Notes: generated by a model from the sequence alone, not told the origin. A DNA stretch of 62,756 bases, filler included, from Squatina squatina (GCA_031763465.1; 4 parts of 4 records of this genome joined end to end with filler, not necessarily neighbours in it); one strand, 5' to 3'; numbered from the whole stretch's first letter, positions 36,601 through 49,760 are shown. Numbers and translations are program-made.

Positions 36601-39258
36601 NNNNNNNNNNNNNNNNNNNNNNNNNNNNNNNNNNNNNNNNNNNNNNNNNNNGGGTGTCTGCGATGCTCCTGATGGCCCAGGAGTTAAAATGGTGAGGGAG
36701 CAAATTCTGCAGGTACGCAGTTGGTAGCGCACAGCTGCCATTTTAACCCCTGATCACACTGTTCGCTCCAGGTGGACAGGGTTAAAATCAGGCCTAATGA
36801 AAGAACTGCAGTGCTTTCCAGCCTACAACACGAGATTAGAGAAATGATGACATAACTTGGCATAAAAATAGTAAACTTGAGTAAAGTTCCAGTTTTGGCA
36901 ATCATGCCAGACTTACAGTGATAATTCTCATAGTAATTGAAGAAATAGTAGAAATTCTGTGTCATTTCATCACCACCTTTTCATGTCCTTATTATCATCC
37001 TCCTCTAAACTAGGCACTCAGAGGACATAAACACACAATTCATTTTAAAGTGATGCCTGGCATTCGAAGATGGATTTCTACTGTATGCTTTGGGAACTCA
37101 ACTTGGTGTGAGACAGCCTTCTGGAGGAGATTTCATTCCTCTGGGTTTTCATTGCGTCCAGTAGTCTTCTAGTTGTATTGCCACTTTTGCATTGATGGAC
37201 ACCCAAAACCACTTCGCATTGACGCAAAAGTGGCAGCATAAATACGGCCTAAGACTAATTATCCTTTGCTACACGACTTTGCAATTAACTGAGAGATTTA
37301 TAGCACTTGATCTGTGGCAATATTTTACTTTATAGCACATAACATTTGTGCCAATAATTCTGTATTTACAAATCTAATGTTTCATTTTTTCCAGATGTTG
37401 CTTTTAAATTCATTTATTCCAAGATTATATCAAAACTGTAAAGCATAAAGTGTTTTCACTAATGAGAGAGCTAGGATTATTCATTTAACTATTGGCATGT
37501 AGTCTAACACACACAACCCTGAAATATGCAGCCAAGGGATGTTCTGATGAACATTATTATGACTATTAGCAGTGATGGTGTTAAATGTCATTCTGCTGGA
37601 GGGTAAACAAGCACCTATCATTACAATCCTTTTTATGAATGAAACCATCTAAATCACTTAACTGCATAGAAGATTGTCATTGAGAATGATGGCAGATTTT
37701 GAAAGTTACCTGCATTAAAATAGTTCAAATATTATTTTACTTACACATTGACGTGTTATTGTACATAGTGATCTGAAAATAAAAGAAATCAATAGCCAAT
37801 ATCAAGGAGAAGTATATCGTTACCAACTTGCAGTTTTTTAGATATCAGCGGAGCAAAATAGTCGTTAGTGGCAAGTTATCATTATCTCAATGGATTGTTC
37901 TCAAGGATCTTCTCATCTGTTAAGGTCACTATAAAAACCATTAAAAGATGGGCCACAAACTGGCCACATTTGGACAAGTTAACAAGGATGCCTAATGTAT
38001 GAAAGAATATTTTAGAAATAAACCTAGATCTCTAGTCAGTCAGTATTTGTTGCTAGATTTTTTTTAACCTGATAATCCAAGAATTCAGCCAATATTTATG
38101 TTTTATTGGATGGCACTGAGAAGTATGAGGATATTTTGGCCTTTGAAAATTTGAATTTCCTATTGGCAAGCAGTAAGTACCAATTGGAAGAATGTGGTAC
38201 TGGTGGCAGCAACATTACTGTCTATTACTAGCAGAAAAAACATCAACTGCACAAGACAATGGAGATAACAGAGTATCTGTAGCTGATGGTAGCCATACGC
38301 GGATTAACTTCACTCAAATTCAGAAGATTCAATCCAAATTTTTAAAGTATGATGTCTAGGAACGTGGCAACTTCTGCTGGTGCGACCAAAATACCCGTCC
38401 TGTTCCCTTACTACAATGCTAGTAGGAAATACTAGGCCTAGAATATATTTAGGAGATTAGGGATAAATTCAGCATAGGTTTCACCCCGTTAGTGCCTCTG
38501 AGGGGTGCTCACGGGGCAAAACTGGACAAAACGGCACCGGGAGGTGGCCATTTGACCTCACGGGGAATTCATCTGAGGTGTAAAGTCCTTTGCACCTGGC
38601 TCATAAAGACACATGCCGATCTGCATCGCGCAGCAGCGAGCCCCTTTGCATCCCATTTGCGTTGGGTGGGCAGAATTCACCGGTCGTTTGCAGCGACAGC
38701 AGCTGCCATCTTTATTTGTCGGCTGACTCTCATGTCGGCCAACTGATGGCGGCCCACGGCCCGATCGGGCCACCNNNNNNNNNNNNNNNNNNNNNNNNNN
38801 NNNNNNNNNNNNNNNNNNNNNNNNNNNNNNNNNNNNNNNNNNNNNNNNNNNNNNNNNNNNNNNNNNNNNNNNNNGTAGGATCCATCCATTAGACATCAAG
38901 ATCTTCAGAGGTAAAATGTTTAAAAGTACGCAGGATCTCATAAGAAAGCTGGAGTGTGTAAAATGGGACATTGTGTACGTTTGATTTTTGAACATTTGGA
39001 AACACAGTTTATAAGGCTTGACCATGCAGGATACTGCAGCTTTAAGAACTGACATGATCTTATCTGCTTGGCTTACTTTCAACATTTAATGGGTCACAAA
39101 TTCATCCAGTTCACTGACCTCTTCTGATATTTTAAATAATTTCACGTTTGCTGTGAATTCAAATGTTATTGTCTACCACATTTGTAACACGGTCTAGTAT
39201 GACTGAGGATATCAAAGTTTTAAGCTAAAATGGCATAACGGTAAGTTCGTTATGATCT

Positions 39259-39598
39259 GAGGAGCAATGCGTGAAGAGGCTGCGCAACTCTAAACAGGCT
39301 GTCATAGACCTGTGCAGACTCCTGCAACAAGGCCCATTGGGCCAGGTAGCTAGGCTTTGCTTGGCAGTGAAAAGTCACCACCAGTCTTAACTTCTTTGCC
39401 TCAGGGTTCTTCCAGACTTCAACGGGTGATATTTTGCACATCAGTCAGTCTGCAATATATGCAAAAAACAGTTCATTGCTGCCTTCTTCAATGGACCAAT
39501 AACTGCATCAGTTTCTCAATGGATACCAGCAAGCAGAATGAAAGGACTTCCCATGAATGCAGCGTGTCATAGATGGCACACATGTAGCCATCAGGGCA
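39259..39598 (+). mobile_element. Decayed PIF/Harbinger (HARBI1-like) transposase fragment
   Basis: With frameshifts: EEQCVKRLRNSKQAVIDLCRLLQ...KVTTSLNFFASGFFQTSTGDILHISQSA...FP*MQRVIDGTHVAIRA; IDGTH is the first catalytic Asp motif of Harbinger DDE transposases. Confidence 0.85.
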
Positions 39599-42500
39599 AA
39601 ATCACCCGCTCCTCCCACTGCCTACCTGAAAATTGTATTCTCAAGAGGAGGTGTTTAGTCCGGTTCCCCGAATTTCACAAGTGTCATATTGAATATAATA
39701 TGAATTAATAGTAGGAGNNNNNNNNNNTTTCGTTTGCATGGACCTCAAGCAAATTGAGAGAGTCTCAGAACTATTAAGTCAAAAGTTAAATTTTAGGCAA
39801 ACATAAACCAAAAGATTTAGGGCACCCAATTGGTCTGCCGGCGCAAGCACAAAATGAGTGCTAAACGGGCGCCAGGAGTCTAACACGTTTTTGGCGCTAA
39901 GGCACTCTGATGCTGAATTGGAATCAGAGCAGCGCAGCCGCTAAATGGGTGCTGCTCCTGCAGAGCTGCAAATTTGACGTCAGGCGTTGGATGGCGTCCA
40001 TGATGTCATCATTAGGTGCAGCGGCCAAAATGGCTGCCCAACAATAAATTCACTNNNNNNNNNNNNNNNNNNNNNNNNNNNNNNNNNNNNNNNNNNNNNN
40101 NNNNNNNNNNNNNNNNNNNNNNNNNNNNNNNNNNNNNNNNNNNNNNNNNNNNNNAGCTTGAAATATCATGTTCCAAAGGGTGGAAAAAGAAAGGTAGAGG
40201 CAAACAACTGATTGTAGCTTCCCTACAGGAAGAAGGCAGTACGGGATGGGAGAAGATGGCTCAAGATAACAGACAAGCAGATATAAAGCTTTTCTGGACG
40301 GGAACAGATTTCAGTTTTTACAACAATTACCATACAGGCCACTTGCAATTAGTGGTTTGTTTGCTTTAGTTTCTGATTTAAGATTAATTCATCACCTTCA
40401 AATCGTTATACTGCATCCTCAAAATAAATGTTCCTTTCGCAGAAACTTGAAAATGATCCAAGCATCAAATGGCACACCATTCAGAATCTGATATGCCAAG
40501 GATAATTCCTGAATTATACACACAGAAAACCACTTACCCTATTGGGAGAGCAGGCTATCATAAGTGAAAATCAAAATCCTACTCTTTAAACCTAGATAGA
40601 AATGCAAAACACCTAAATGTTCAGTGATATCAGCAATATTTTGCACCTCACTGTGTTTTGCTCAGCATATCAATAAAACCAAGATGTCCTCCTGAAGAAC
40701 AAAATAGTGTACAAACCATGCATTTGAAATGGCTGTTGGACTTGTTCAGATGATAAGATTAGCAATTAGTTGCATCATTGAATTTCTGTGAGCTAAGTAC
40801 ATTCTGTTATTGATTAACAGTCCACCCTCTCAGTTTCTTGGCATGGATTGTCATCCTGAGTATCCGGCAGTTTTCTTCAAACAGAGTACATGATGAAAAA
40901 TGGAAAACAGCATTTAAAAGATTCAATAGGAGTTCATGTGGTTTTCATACCACTGTTTCAGTGTCCAAGGATCCTGTGGTAAACGTGAAAGCCTAAAGCA
41001 CTCATAATAACATCTTAAACTGTTTAAATGCTAATGTAGCTTGCATGCGATCTGAAATATCTAAAATATTGGAACCTGTAGGGAATGGAAAAAGGCAGAT
41101 TTTGAAATAATTATCAGTCTTTAAAGAAACAGCATTCTTCAAATATTTCACTGCCACAGGGAAGGCTGTAAAAATGACCATTAAAAGACTTTCAAAGATA
41201 AAAACATTACCAGTAGGCATTTTAATCTGCTTCTGAGATCCTAAGTATAANNNNNNNNNNNNNNNNNNNNNNNNNNNNNNNNNTATGTAATTTAGAATTA
41301 TAAATGTGTTTGTTGAGTAAAGTTGCAGTGTCAATCACAAAAACAAACTAATAATCACATGTCCATATTTCAATTTAAACAGAATTCTTCTCACCTTAAC
41401 CTTACACTAGGATAATTCCTTCTGCAAAATATTGCATTCGTAAGCTTTTCTTTTGTGTGGACCACATGTGAAACAGATACTATCCAAAATATGCCGATAT
41501 ATGATTTTAAAATGTGAAAGAAAACTTGCAGCAGCTGGAGCTAGAACTACTGCAGCAGAAGTAATAATAGAGATCAGTAAAAGGATTAACTAAAACAGAT
41601 GCTGCATTGCACTAAATATTTAGATTGGCACAGTTCGGCAAAACAGAAACTGGTGAAAGAAAGTGAAAAATTCACCTAAATAAAGAAACCATTTCCATGA
41701 AACTCCACGCTTGGAATTTCAGAATATATTAAATATATAAAAAGTAATTGCTCCACAATGGTTTGAATATCAGTGGGACTAATTATATACAATTAAAGAN
41801 NNNNNNNNNNNNNNNNNNNNNNNNNNNNNNNNNNNNNNNNNNNNNNNNNNNNNNNNNNNNNNNNNNNNNNNNNNNNNNNNNNNNNNNNNNNNNNNNNNNN
41901 NNNNNNNNNNNNNNNNNNNNNNNNNNNNNNNNNNNNNNNNNNNNNNNNNNNNNNNNNNNNNNNNNNNNNNNNNNNNNNNNNNNNNNNNNNNNNNNNNNNN
42001 NNNNNNNNNNNNNNNNNNNNNNNNNNNNNNNNNNNNNNNNNNNNNNNNNNNNNNNNNNNNNNNNNNNNNNNNNNNNNNNGTGTTGATGAAAAAGTGCCAA
42101 ACACACATATTTGGAATGATTTAAGTGCTGATTGCTTTTGGAATAAAATCAAACAGGGTGTTTACCTTGTGCTTAGGTTTTGTGTTGCTGCACCACTAAT
42201 GACTTTCTGAGAAACTATTTCCGACTAGCATTTATGTTATTCAACACAGCTGGCCAGCAACTCCAGTAAGTTGCTTGTATTTTGGTTAAAGAGGATAGCC
42301 GTCACCTTTGTGGCAGGGAACTAAATGTTCTTCGTCTTTCTAGTTCGGAGGATTGAAGCATTACATTCAGGCACTTTTGAATGGCAGCTTCTTTCATTCC
42401 TTTCACCACGTATTTACTGCTTCAATGGCAAAAATGTATCCATTGTAGCTTGTGGAAGGTACTGCTCACCTCTCATCATTTTGACAGATGCTAGTTTTCA

Positions 42501-42782
42501 ATCAGATAAGATCTTCCAGTTTATGACTAATCAGAGGTGACTAACTTAAGGTAGTTTGGGGAGAGAAGTTCAACGCATTGGCCGGTCGTTTTCTGGCATA
42601 AAATTGGCGGACGACCCCCAGATTTCATGTCGTAATCTGCACACCCGAACTACACGGGGATTGCGCTGGAAACCATGTTGACNNNNNNNNNNNNNNNNNN
42701 NNNNNNNNNNNNNNNNNNNNNNNNNNNNNNNNNNNNNNNNNNNNNNNNNNNNNNNNNNNNNNNNNNNNNNNNNNNNNNNNNN

Positions 42783-43030
42783 GGCGCACAGGAACAGCAC
42801 CACCTGCAAGTTCCCCTCCAAGTCACACTCCATCCTGACTTGGAAGTATATCACTGTTCCTCCTTCATCGTCGCTGGGTCAAAATCCTGGAACTCTTTCC
42901 CTAACAGTACTATGACCACACAGACGGCAGCGGTAAGGCGGCTCACTACCACCTTCTCAAGGGCAATTAGAGATGGACAACAAATGCTGGTCTTACCAGT
43001 GACGCCCACACCCCATGAAAGAATTTTTTT
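42783..43030 (+). mobile_element. LINE (L2/CR1-like) 3' end
   Basis: FIVAGSKSWNSFPNS C-terminal motif, then gggcaattagagatggacaacaaatgctgg...cccacaccccatgaaagaat. Confidence 0.75.
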
Positions 43031-45397
43031 TAAAAGGCCCATTTCCAGAATTTCAAAATCTAGAAAAAAATCCATGACATCTTGCATTCCAGTAGGTTTG
43101 ATATTTTCAGTAAGGTGCATGCAACTTTCATTAGGATAACACAAGAGCAGGTCAATCAAACATTTAAATCAATTAATTCAAAGCATTCACAAAAGATTTC
43201 CACACACACACACAATGTCCTAGGAAGAAACCATGACCCTGAACTGAATTGCAAAGAACAACATCCTTGTAAAAATGAGTAAGAGTGGATCAATCCAACA
43301 ACAACACATGTAATAATACAACTAACAATTATCATGAAAAATATTTTCAAAAACATATTTCTCTGCAGGGCGATCTACGTGATGAATTAGAAAGAGTCTT
43401 ATATTCAACCAGAACTTTTGTCAGCTGTAATTCTATAATTAAAACGGTTGCAGACCACTTCAAGACGCTCCTAATTATTAACAGTATTTTACCCTCATTG
43501 GCATCTGCACGCAAGGAGAAAAATCAACGGGAAAGAATTACAACATTGCTTACTTCCAATCAGCCCACCAGTCACTACTTCCACTCCAATCCTCTATGAC
43601 CACTTGGCTGTCAGTTGCAATCAGGATCATCCCTGTCATCTAATATGTTGCCAGCTTTCAATCCGGAGTGCTATTATTCACATGACATGATATATAAGGG
43701 AAGTATTTTTGATTTCGCCAGCCACTAGTGCTTTAATCTACGCCTTGTTGTGGTTAAGCTCACATAGTTAAAGATTTCAGTCCTGGGAGACACATGCACA
43801 ATCAGACATGCAAGATGCAGCACATGCACAGTGGCACTTCAGTTTCAGAGGAAACAGGAGCATTGCTATCCCTGGTGAGCATAGCTTGGCCGGGATGATG
43901 TTGTGTAAATGCACCTTAATTATTGAGGCCCTGCAAGTGTGGCAAAAGGACAAAAGACTCCAACAAATGAGAGAATCAGTAAAGCATTAAAATGGGACAA
44001 ATAAATCCATGGAGGTAATTTAAACTTTTATCATCGAGTGATAGCAAACCAGCAGCCCATTTTACACGCCACCCAATTTTCTTTTAGCTAGGCCACGGCA
44101 CTGTAATTGAAAAAATTCTCTTCAGCCTGTATGATGTTGGTTAGCGTCCAGATGATACAAACAATTATTACTAATTGTTGGATAGTTCAGAAAAGGGTTA
44201 GGTATTCTTCAATTCTACTTGCCTATTGTGAAAGGTCTGCTATTGATCTGAGGTGTCAGAAGCTGCCTGGATCAGGTATATCAGGTATTTGCCATGTCTT
44301 GTGTTCACTTGTTTCAACTGTTTGGTTCCAGGCCATGGTGGTAAGTCAGACCTATGTGGGGTAAAAGTGGGACTACATATAAATTCATTGGCCAACAGAC
44401 TCAGAAAGGGACTCCAGTTCAAATTTCAAGCATTTTATTATTTTGATTTCAGAAAACAGTTTAAAATACCAGAGAGTGTTATGATTTATATTACTTTTTA
44501 ACCTGCAAATTTATTTAGCTTTTCTGTATACATTTGTGTCTTGTACTAAATATTATTTGTAGGTTTAATCTGAACTGTATAGTCTGTTTGCATTTTTATT
44601 CATNNNNNNNNNNNNNNNNNNNNNNNNNNNNNNNNNNNNNNNNNNNNNNNNNNNNNNNNNNNNNNNNNNNNNNNNNNNNNNNNNNNNNNNNNNNNNNNNN
44701 NNNAAGGCAGAGTTTTGTAGAACTTTCCATATTTTTGTGTAAAATATAAACAGATTTTAAAAAATATATTATGTACACAAATGTGTGTTAAACAAAAATT
44801 GCTATAAACTGTAAAAATGCACTTTAATCCCATTAAATGAATAAACATACTGCCATTAAATCAATTCATTTCAAAGATAAAAGCACAAACTGGACTTTTT
44901 ATTCTGTTTCTTTGAAAATTATAATCAGAAGGAAATTATTTACAGCTATTTTCCTTTGAAGTTTGATAAATTTATGTTGGAAAATGCTCAAAGTGAAGAA
45001 TACAATGATCCCACTGAAACATATGGTTTGTACACATAGACGCTTTTATTTCAAGTTTACTTTGCAAATCCTTCAATTCCATTCGTGATTGTTGGTATTT
45101 CACTGACGCAAATTCCATTCTAGCTAATGCTTGCAGAAGTGTTGCAATCAATTAGTCTGAGATCAGTGTGCACTGCTTCATCTGATGTATTTCAAAGGAT
45201 TTGGGTATTTACAAGATTATGGTTTCAATATTTCGCAGGAAGCCCCAGCAAAGTAGATGTACTTCAATGCAGTAAGGAGAAAGTGATGATTTCAAATNNN
45301 NNNNNNNNNNNNNNNNNNNNNNNNNNNNNNNNNNNNNNNNNNNNNNNNNNNNNNNNNNNNNNNNNNNNNNNNNNNNNNNNNNNNNNNNNNNNNNNNN

Positions 45398-45900
45398 ACA
45401 GTACTTATCCCCCAGACTATACTGTCCACTGCCACTACCACATTGCTTTCGACTTCCCCACTTAGATGGCCCCCTGTACCACGGTGCCGTGGTCAGTTTG
45501 TCCATCCTCCTTGAAGTCCTTTTCTTCATCCATAAAGGTAGCAAGTACCTCGTACCTGTTTGACAAGGTCATGGGTTGAGGATCCTCCATCACTACATCT
45601 TGGGTGCCCATACCGACCTGACTCGCAGTCAAACCCTCCTGTCCCTGACCAGTGACGAACTCTAAAGTACTACTTAACCTTAAGGTTGTGACTGGCTCCT
45701 GGAACAAAGTGTCCAGGAAACTCTCCCCCTCCCTGATGTGTTGCAGTGTCTGCACCTCCAATCCCAGCTCAACATCTCTGAGCCGAAGTTCCTCGAGTTG
45801 CAGACATTTACTGTAGATGTGGTTGCTCAGGATCATGATGCTCTCCACAAACTCCGACATGCTGCAGTTATGACACACCACCTGCCCTGCCATCTCTAAC
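45398..45900 (-). mobile_element. CR1 LINE ORF1 N-terminal fragment (zinc finger/leucine zipper)
   Basis: MAGQVVCHNCSMSEF...YSKCLQLEELRLRDVELGLEVQTLQHIREGESFLDTLFQE...LSNRYEVL, followed by the start of the esterase-like domain (VVVAVDSIVWGI). Confidence 0.85.
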
Positions 45901-46176
45901 CTGGTTTTATTTGTTAATTAGTTAAAGCCTTTATTCAATCTAAGTAATAGTTTAGAATTTATGTTTGCACCAATAACTTTGATACAAACTTGTTAAATCT
46001 AGTCTACAGTTAAAGTGTACAAATTTGCTTCAATAATCAACAGATCCAATTATTACTTTAAAAATGTGCCTATTGATATTATTGTATGATTTGCTTTTAT
46101 TAATTTATTTAAATAGAACAATTTAATTCTTTTTTGCAATTAAAGACTTGCACTAAAAGATGTTACGAACACTTAC

Positions 46177-46236
46177 CATCTATTTCATGCATCTCAATGC
46201 CGGGTCCAGCTTTCTTTACTGAACGGTGTTCAGCTT
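46177..46236 (-). CDS. Candidate 60-bp symmetric exon of an unidentified gene
   Basis: Strong acceptor (ttttatttaatttcag) and consensus donor (G|GTAAGT); only one frame is open: (E)AEHRSVKKAGPGIEMHEID. Confidence 0.45.
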
Positions 46237-47220
46237 CTGAAATTAAATAAAAATTATTCCTACATAAAGCTAAGAGGTTGCTGGACTAAAACTTCTAAAG
46301 GGGAGTTAAGTTACAGAATTGTCCCCAAATCCCTTGTTATAAAGGGAGATATCTATATGCTTACTGCAAACATCAGTATAATTTTGCGTGCTTATGTCCA
46401 AATCTCTCACAAACGGGAAACAGAACATTAAAGCCGTGACGACTTGCTCATGAGACTAATGGGCTAAGGAAATCGCAACATTACTGAACTTCAGATTGAT
46501 CCTACCTCATCCTTGCCACCCTGAAAAATTAGTTGTATGAATGTAGGCAGAGAAATATTCCACAGTCCTTGAATGACACCAAGGGATTGCCAACCAGGAA
46601 AGGTGCATGCATGTGAACCTATTGAGATATTTTTCACACTCCAACGAAGCTCTCACTTTCTATGCTAAATTAACAAATGTTTTCTGCGTCAGTGAACGTC
46701 AATCTTCCATGTCAGTAAAATGTGATCCTCTCCAATACAATGGGACAAGTCATTACCGAATACCATCTCCAAGTGACAATAAGGCATCTACCGAGGCCTG
46801 AAGATTTCCTGTTACTTTTCCCTGCCTCTCATTAGCTACATTGTTGACTTCCTAATGTTTGCACTTCACCAGAACTGACCTTTTCTACTCATTCTATCTG
46901 GCTTAGGTATCTTAAGTCTATTGCCTAAGACAAAGTGAATATTTACTGCCAGTTCACAGACATAAATCTAACGCTGAGCAGAGTCAAGTGTCTGCTTTTC
47001 CAAGCTAATCAGGAAGCTGTTTTGCACATTCACTTTGTAGAGCAGCATTGAGGAGGTTATTTTACCTTTCATTTGTTCTTGTTATTTATTTTGTGCACTG
47101 ATTTCATCATTGCACTAAAAACATCAGGTACAATTGTGAAGACCAACACTTAGAGGAATTGGAATAAGCTTCAACTTTAACTCTTCAGTTATTTTGTGTA
47201 TGTTGTATGCCCACAGTCAG

Positions 47221-47320
47221 NNNNNNNNNNNNNNNNNNNNNNNNNNNNNNNNNNNNNNNNNNNNTTAATTAATTAANNNNNNNNNNNNNNNNNNNNNNNN
47301 NNNNNNNNNNNNNNNNNNNN
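47221..47320. other. Artificial scaffold-joining spacer (N44-TTAATTAATTAA-N44)
   Basis: Third copy of the spacer; 12-mer at 47265-47276. Confidence 0.95.
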
Positions 47321-47321
47321 A

Positions 47322-48576
47322 AAGGGGTTAGAAGTGATGGAATCAGGTGATTTGTTATATAATGATATGCGCTTTGAAACTGTTTCGGTTGTTTTTAACT
47401 TAACCACTATGCATATGCCTGACGGATTGTGCCACAGTAGCTACTTTAATTTGTTTTGTCTCATGTTAAATGAAGTGGTAGGGGTTGTGCAGGCAAGGAG
47501 CCAAAGGACAGATTGGAGGAGCCCTGACCCAGACATGGGTGAAGGTCGAGCTGAATGGGTGGGGATAGGAGCCACCTCCGCATGGCCGGCCTGAATCGCA
47601 TAGATGGCAATTCTATATGGGAACATGGGATAAAGTTATACGGAGGCAACTGAATGGGATTTTGACCAAATTAAATGACCAAAGTGGGACCTAATCCATG
47701 AATATGGTAAAATTCTGTTATCCATGAAAGAGATAGTGGAGTCCATGTAGTCCATCAAGGATAAGGTCACTGAGATTATTGGGGAAAACAACCAGGAGTA
47801 CGAGCAGTAGAACGTCTTCAAAGCAGTCACCTGTATTATATATCGAAACTTTATGCTTACCTTGATATAAAAAGGATTGTCTGACCTCGATTTTAATCAT
47901 ACTGGCCACCTGGTTAGGGATCAATAAGATGCAGGAAGAATATAATCGCATCAGGTGGCATGGCCTGGCCTTTTTCGCCCCTCAGGTCCACTTTCAGGGC
48001 AGTGATGGCCAGGATTCAGTAATATTGGCAGTGCCGATCAGCGTGAACTCCACAGCCCCTCCCATGCGGTTGTATAAGGTAGAATCCATAGGAGTCACTG
48101 AACATTCCACTGACGATACCATCTTTAGGGAATTTCTGGACCATTGTTGATGGTTGATTAACAAAAAGGGCACGCGGTTAGCCCCAGACTTCAAGTGTTG
48201 CCGACAAGTTGGAAACGAGTGGGTATGTAGGTGTGATGTGTACCAGCACACTACACTCGCATGTGGGCTCACATTGGATGAGCATTCTCTAAATTGCACG
48301 GCAAGGCGAGAACTGCCTACATGGGGAAGGTACTGTATTACAACCAGTGCCTCGCACCTACATTATGGGGAAACCCTTTGACCGATTAATACCCCTACGT
48401 TCTGTCTCTTCGCAATTGAACCGGTCAAATCGGAAGTAACATGTTATTACCAGTTCACCTGCACAAGGTTACAGAAATACAGTTGGAGCTGCCCCTTCAG
48501 GAGGAAGCCCTAAGGTCAGTGGTCCACTTCAGCCACTCGATTCCCTCTCCCATCTCTTAGTTTGAAGTCAATCCTT
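47322..48576 (+). pseudogene. Decayed envelope/fusion glycoprotein gene of an endogenous retrovirus-like element (lokiretrovirus/paramyxovirus-F-like type)
   Basis: Joining frames gives GLEVMESGDLLYND..VSVVFNLT.../ Gly-Ala-rich GIGATS.MAGLNRID / heptad helix / C..Y..MLTLI..GLSDL / ILAVPI...RLYKVESIG / APDFKCCRQVGNEWVCRC....ACGL....NC / GRYCITT...PINTPTFC. Multiple stops and frameshifts; no TM anchor seen. Confidence 0.65.
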
Positions 48577-49728
48577 TGTAGAAATCGGTACAAAATGGTG
48601 GACACTGGGGAGACCAGGAACAAAATGGTGGACAGGAGCCAGGAATTTAAAGCTGCAGAATGCAAAGTGGCAGGTGTGAAAATTCTGCAGCCTCCTGTCA
48701 ATCAATACAAGAAAATGCATATGGTAATTTGGAATTCCAGCCACAGGGGCTGGAAAAATGTTTATTTCAAAAACCACTCATAGCACCGTGTTTTCAGAAG
48801 TGCTGCAACTTTTAAAAACATGATCATCATAGTCGAACATTTTAAATGCACAATCACAAAACCAAGATATACAGAGATCCCTCCTTGCCCGCACAACTTA
48901 ATACAGTTAAAACAGACTTTTAAAATCAGTCTTGAAGAAGAAGATTCAAACAGTGCCTGGGGACTCCGCCCTGCCCACTCAAATAAAATTGGCTACGGAG
49001 ACAATCTAACTCCTGACCAACCATGAGATGACATATCTATGCAAAAAACCCACATTCCAACAACATTATTCATCGACGAGATAAGTTAAAGAAGACAAAT
49101 TGGCATAACACCTACAAGTGCTAGAAGAATTTAAATTCAAACAGTGCAGACGAATAAAAACAGTACAGGTGATAAGTGCAGCAATCAAGGCTGACAGCAC
49201 AGATACCGGGCCATCAAGACCAATCATAATGTCATAAATATTCAAAACAGAATTCCGGAGATCTATTCTCTCCCCGAACAGCACCCAGACTTTACGGCAC
49301 CAAGAGAGGGGTTCACAATGAGAAATCGCATTTTAAAACTTTAATGTCATCCAGACGATAAATTTGGCGCGAACCAAATACACATTGAAAAATAGTATAA
49401 CTGGCCCCCAGCAAGTAGCCTCGGTAGCTTCGGGCTTGACCCACATCGAGAGGAACATCATTCTGAAGAGCATCCAAGAAGAGGAAGAACAGCAGATCCA
49501 CCGTTATCGTGTGGTCTGGGAAAAAGCATACACGAAGGAGCAACATCGAGACGGTCGTGTCCCACGGGAACCCTGAGCAAGGAAGAAAGGACATCACCTG
49601 AGTGAGNNNNNNNNNNNNNNNNNNNNNNNNNNNNNNNNNNNNNNNNNNNNNNNNNNNNNNNNNNNNNNNNNNNNNNNNNNNNNNNNNNNNNNNNNNNNNN
49701 NNNNNNACACGGGAGTAACAAGGATGAT

Positions 49729-49760
49729 AGAAAAGGAGGGATGAGGGGAATAACAAGGGA
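49729..49760 (+). mobile_element. Polypurine tract and probable start of a 3' LTR
   Basis: agaaaaggaggga (49729-49741) directly followed by TG (tgaggggaataac), downstream of and co-oriented with the env relic; separated from it by one gap. Confidence 0.55.

Noticed and set aside
41748-42152. ORFs spanning N runs here and throughout the ORF track
   Set aside because: Open only because Ns contain no stop codons.
49365-49380. tggcgcgaacc as a primer binding site
   Set aside because: Only the first 6 nt resemble a tRNA-Lys PBS, it is not preceded by an LTR-terminal CA, and it lies within a coding-like frame.
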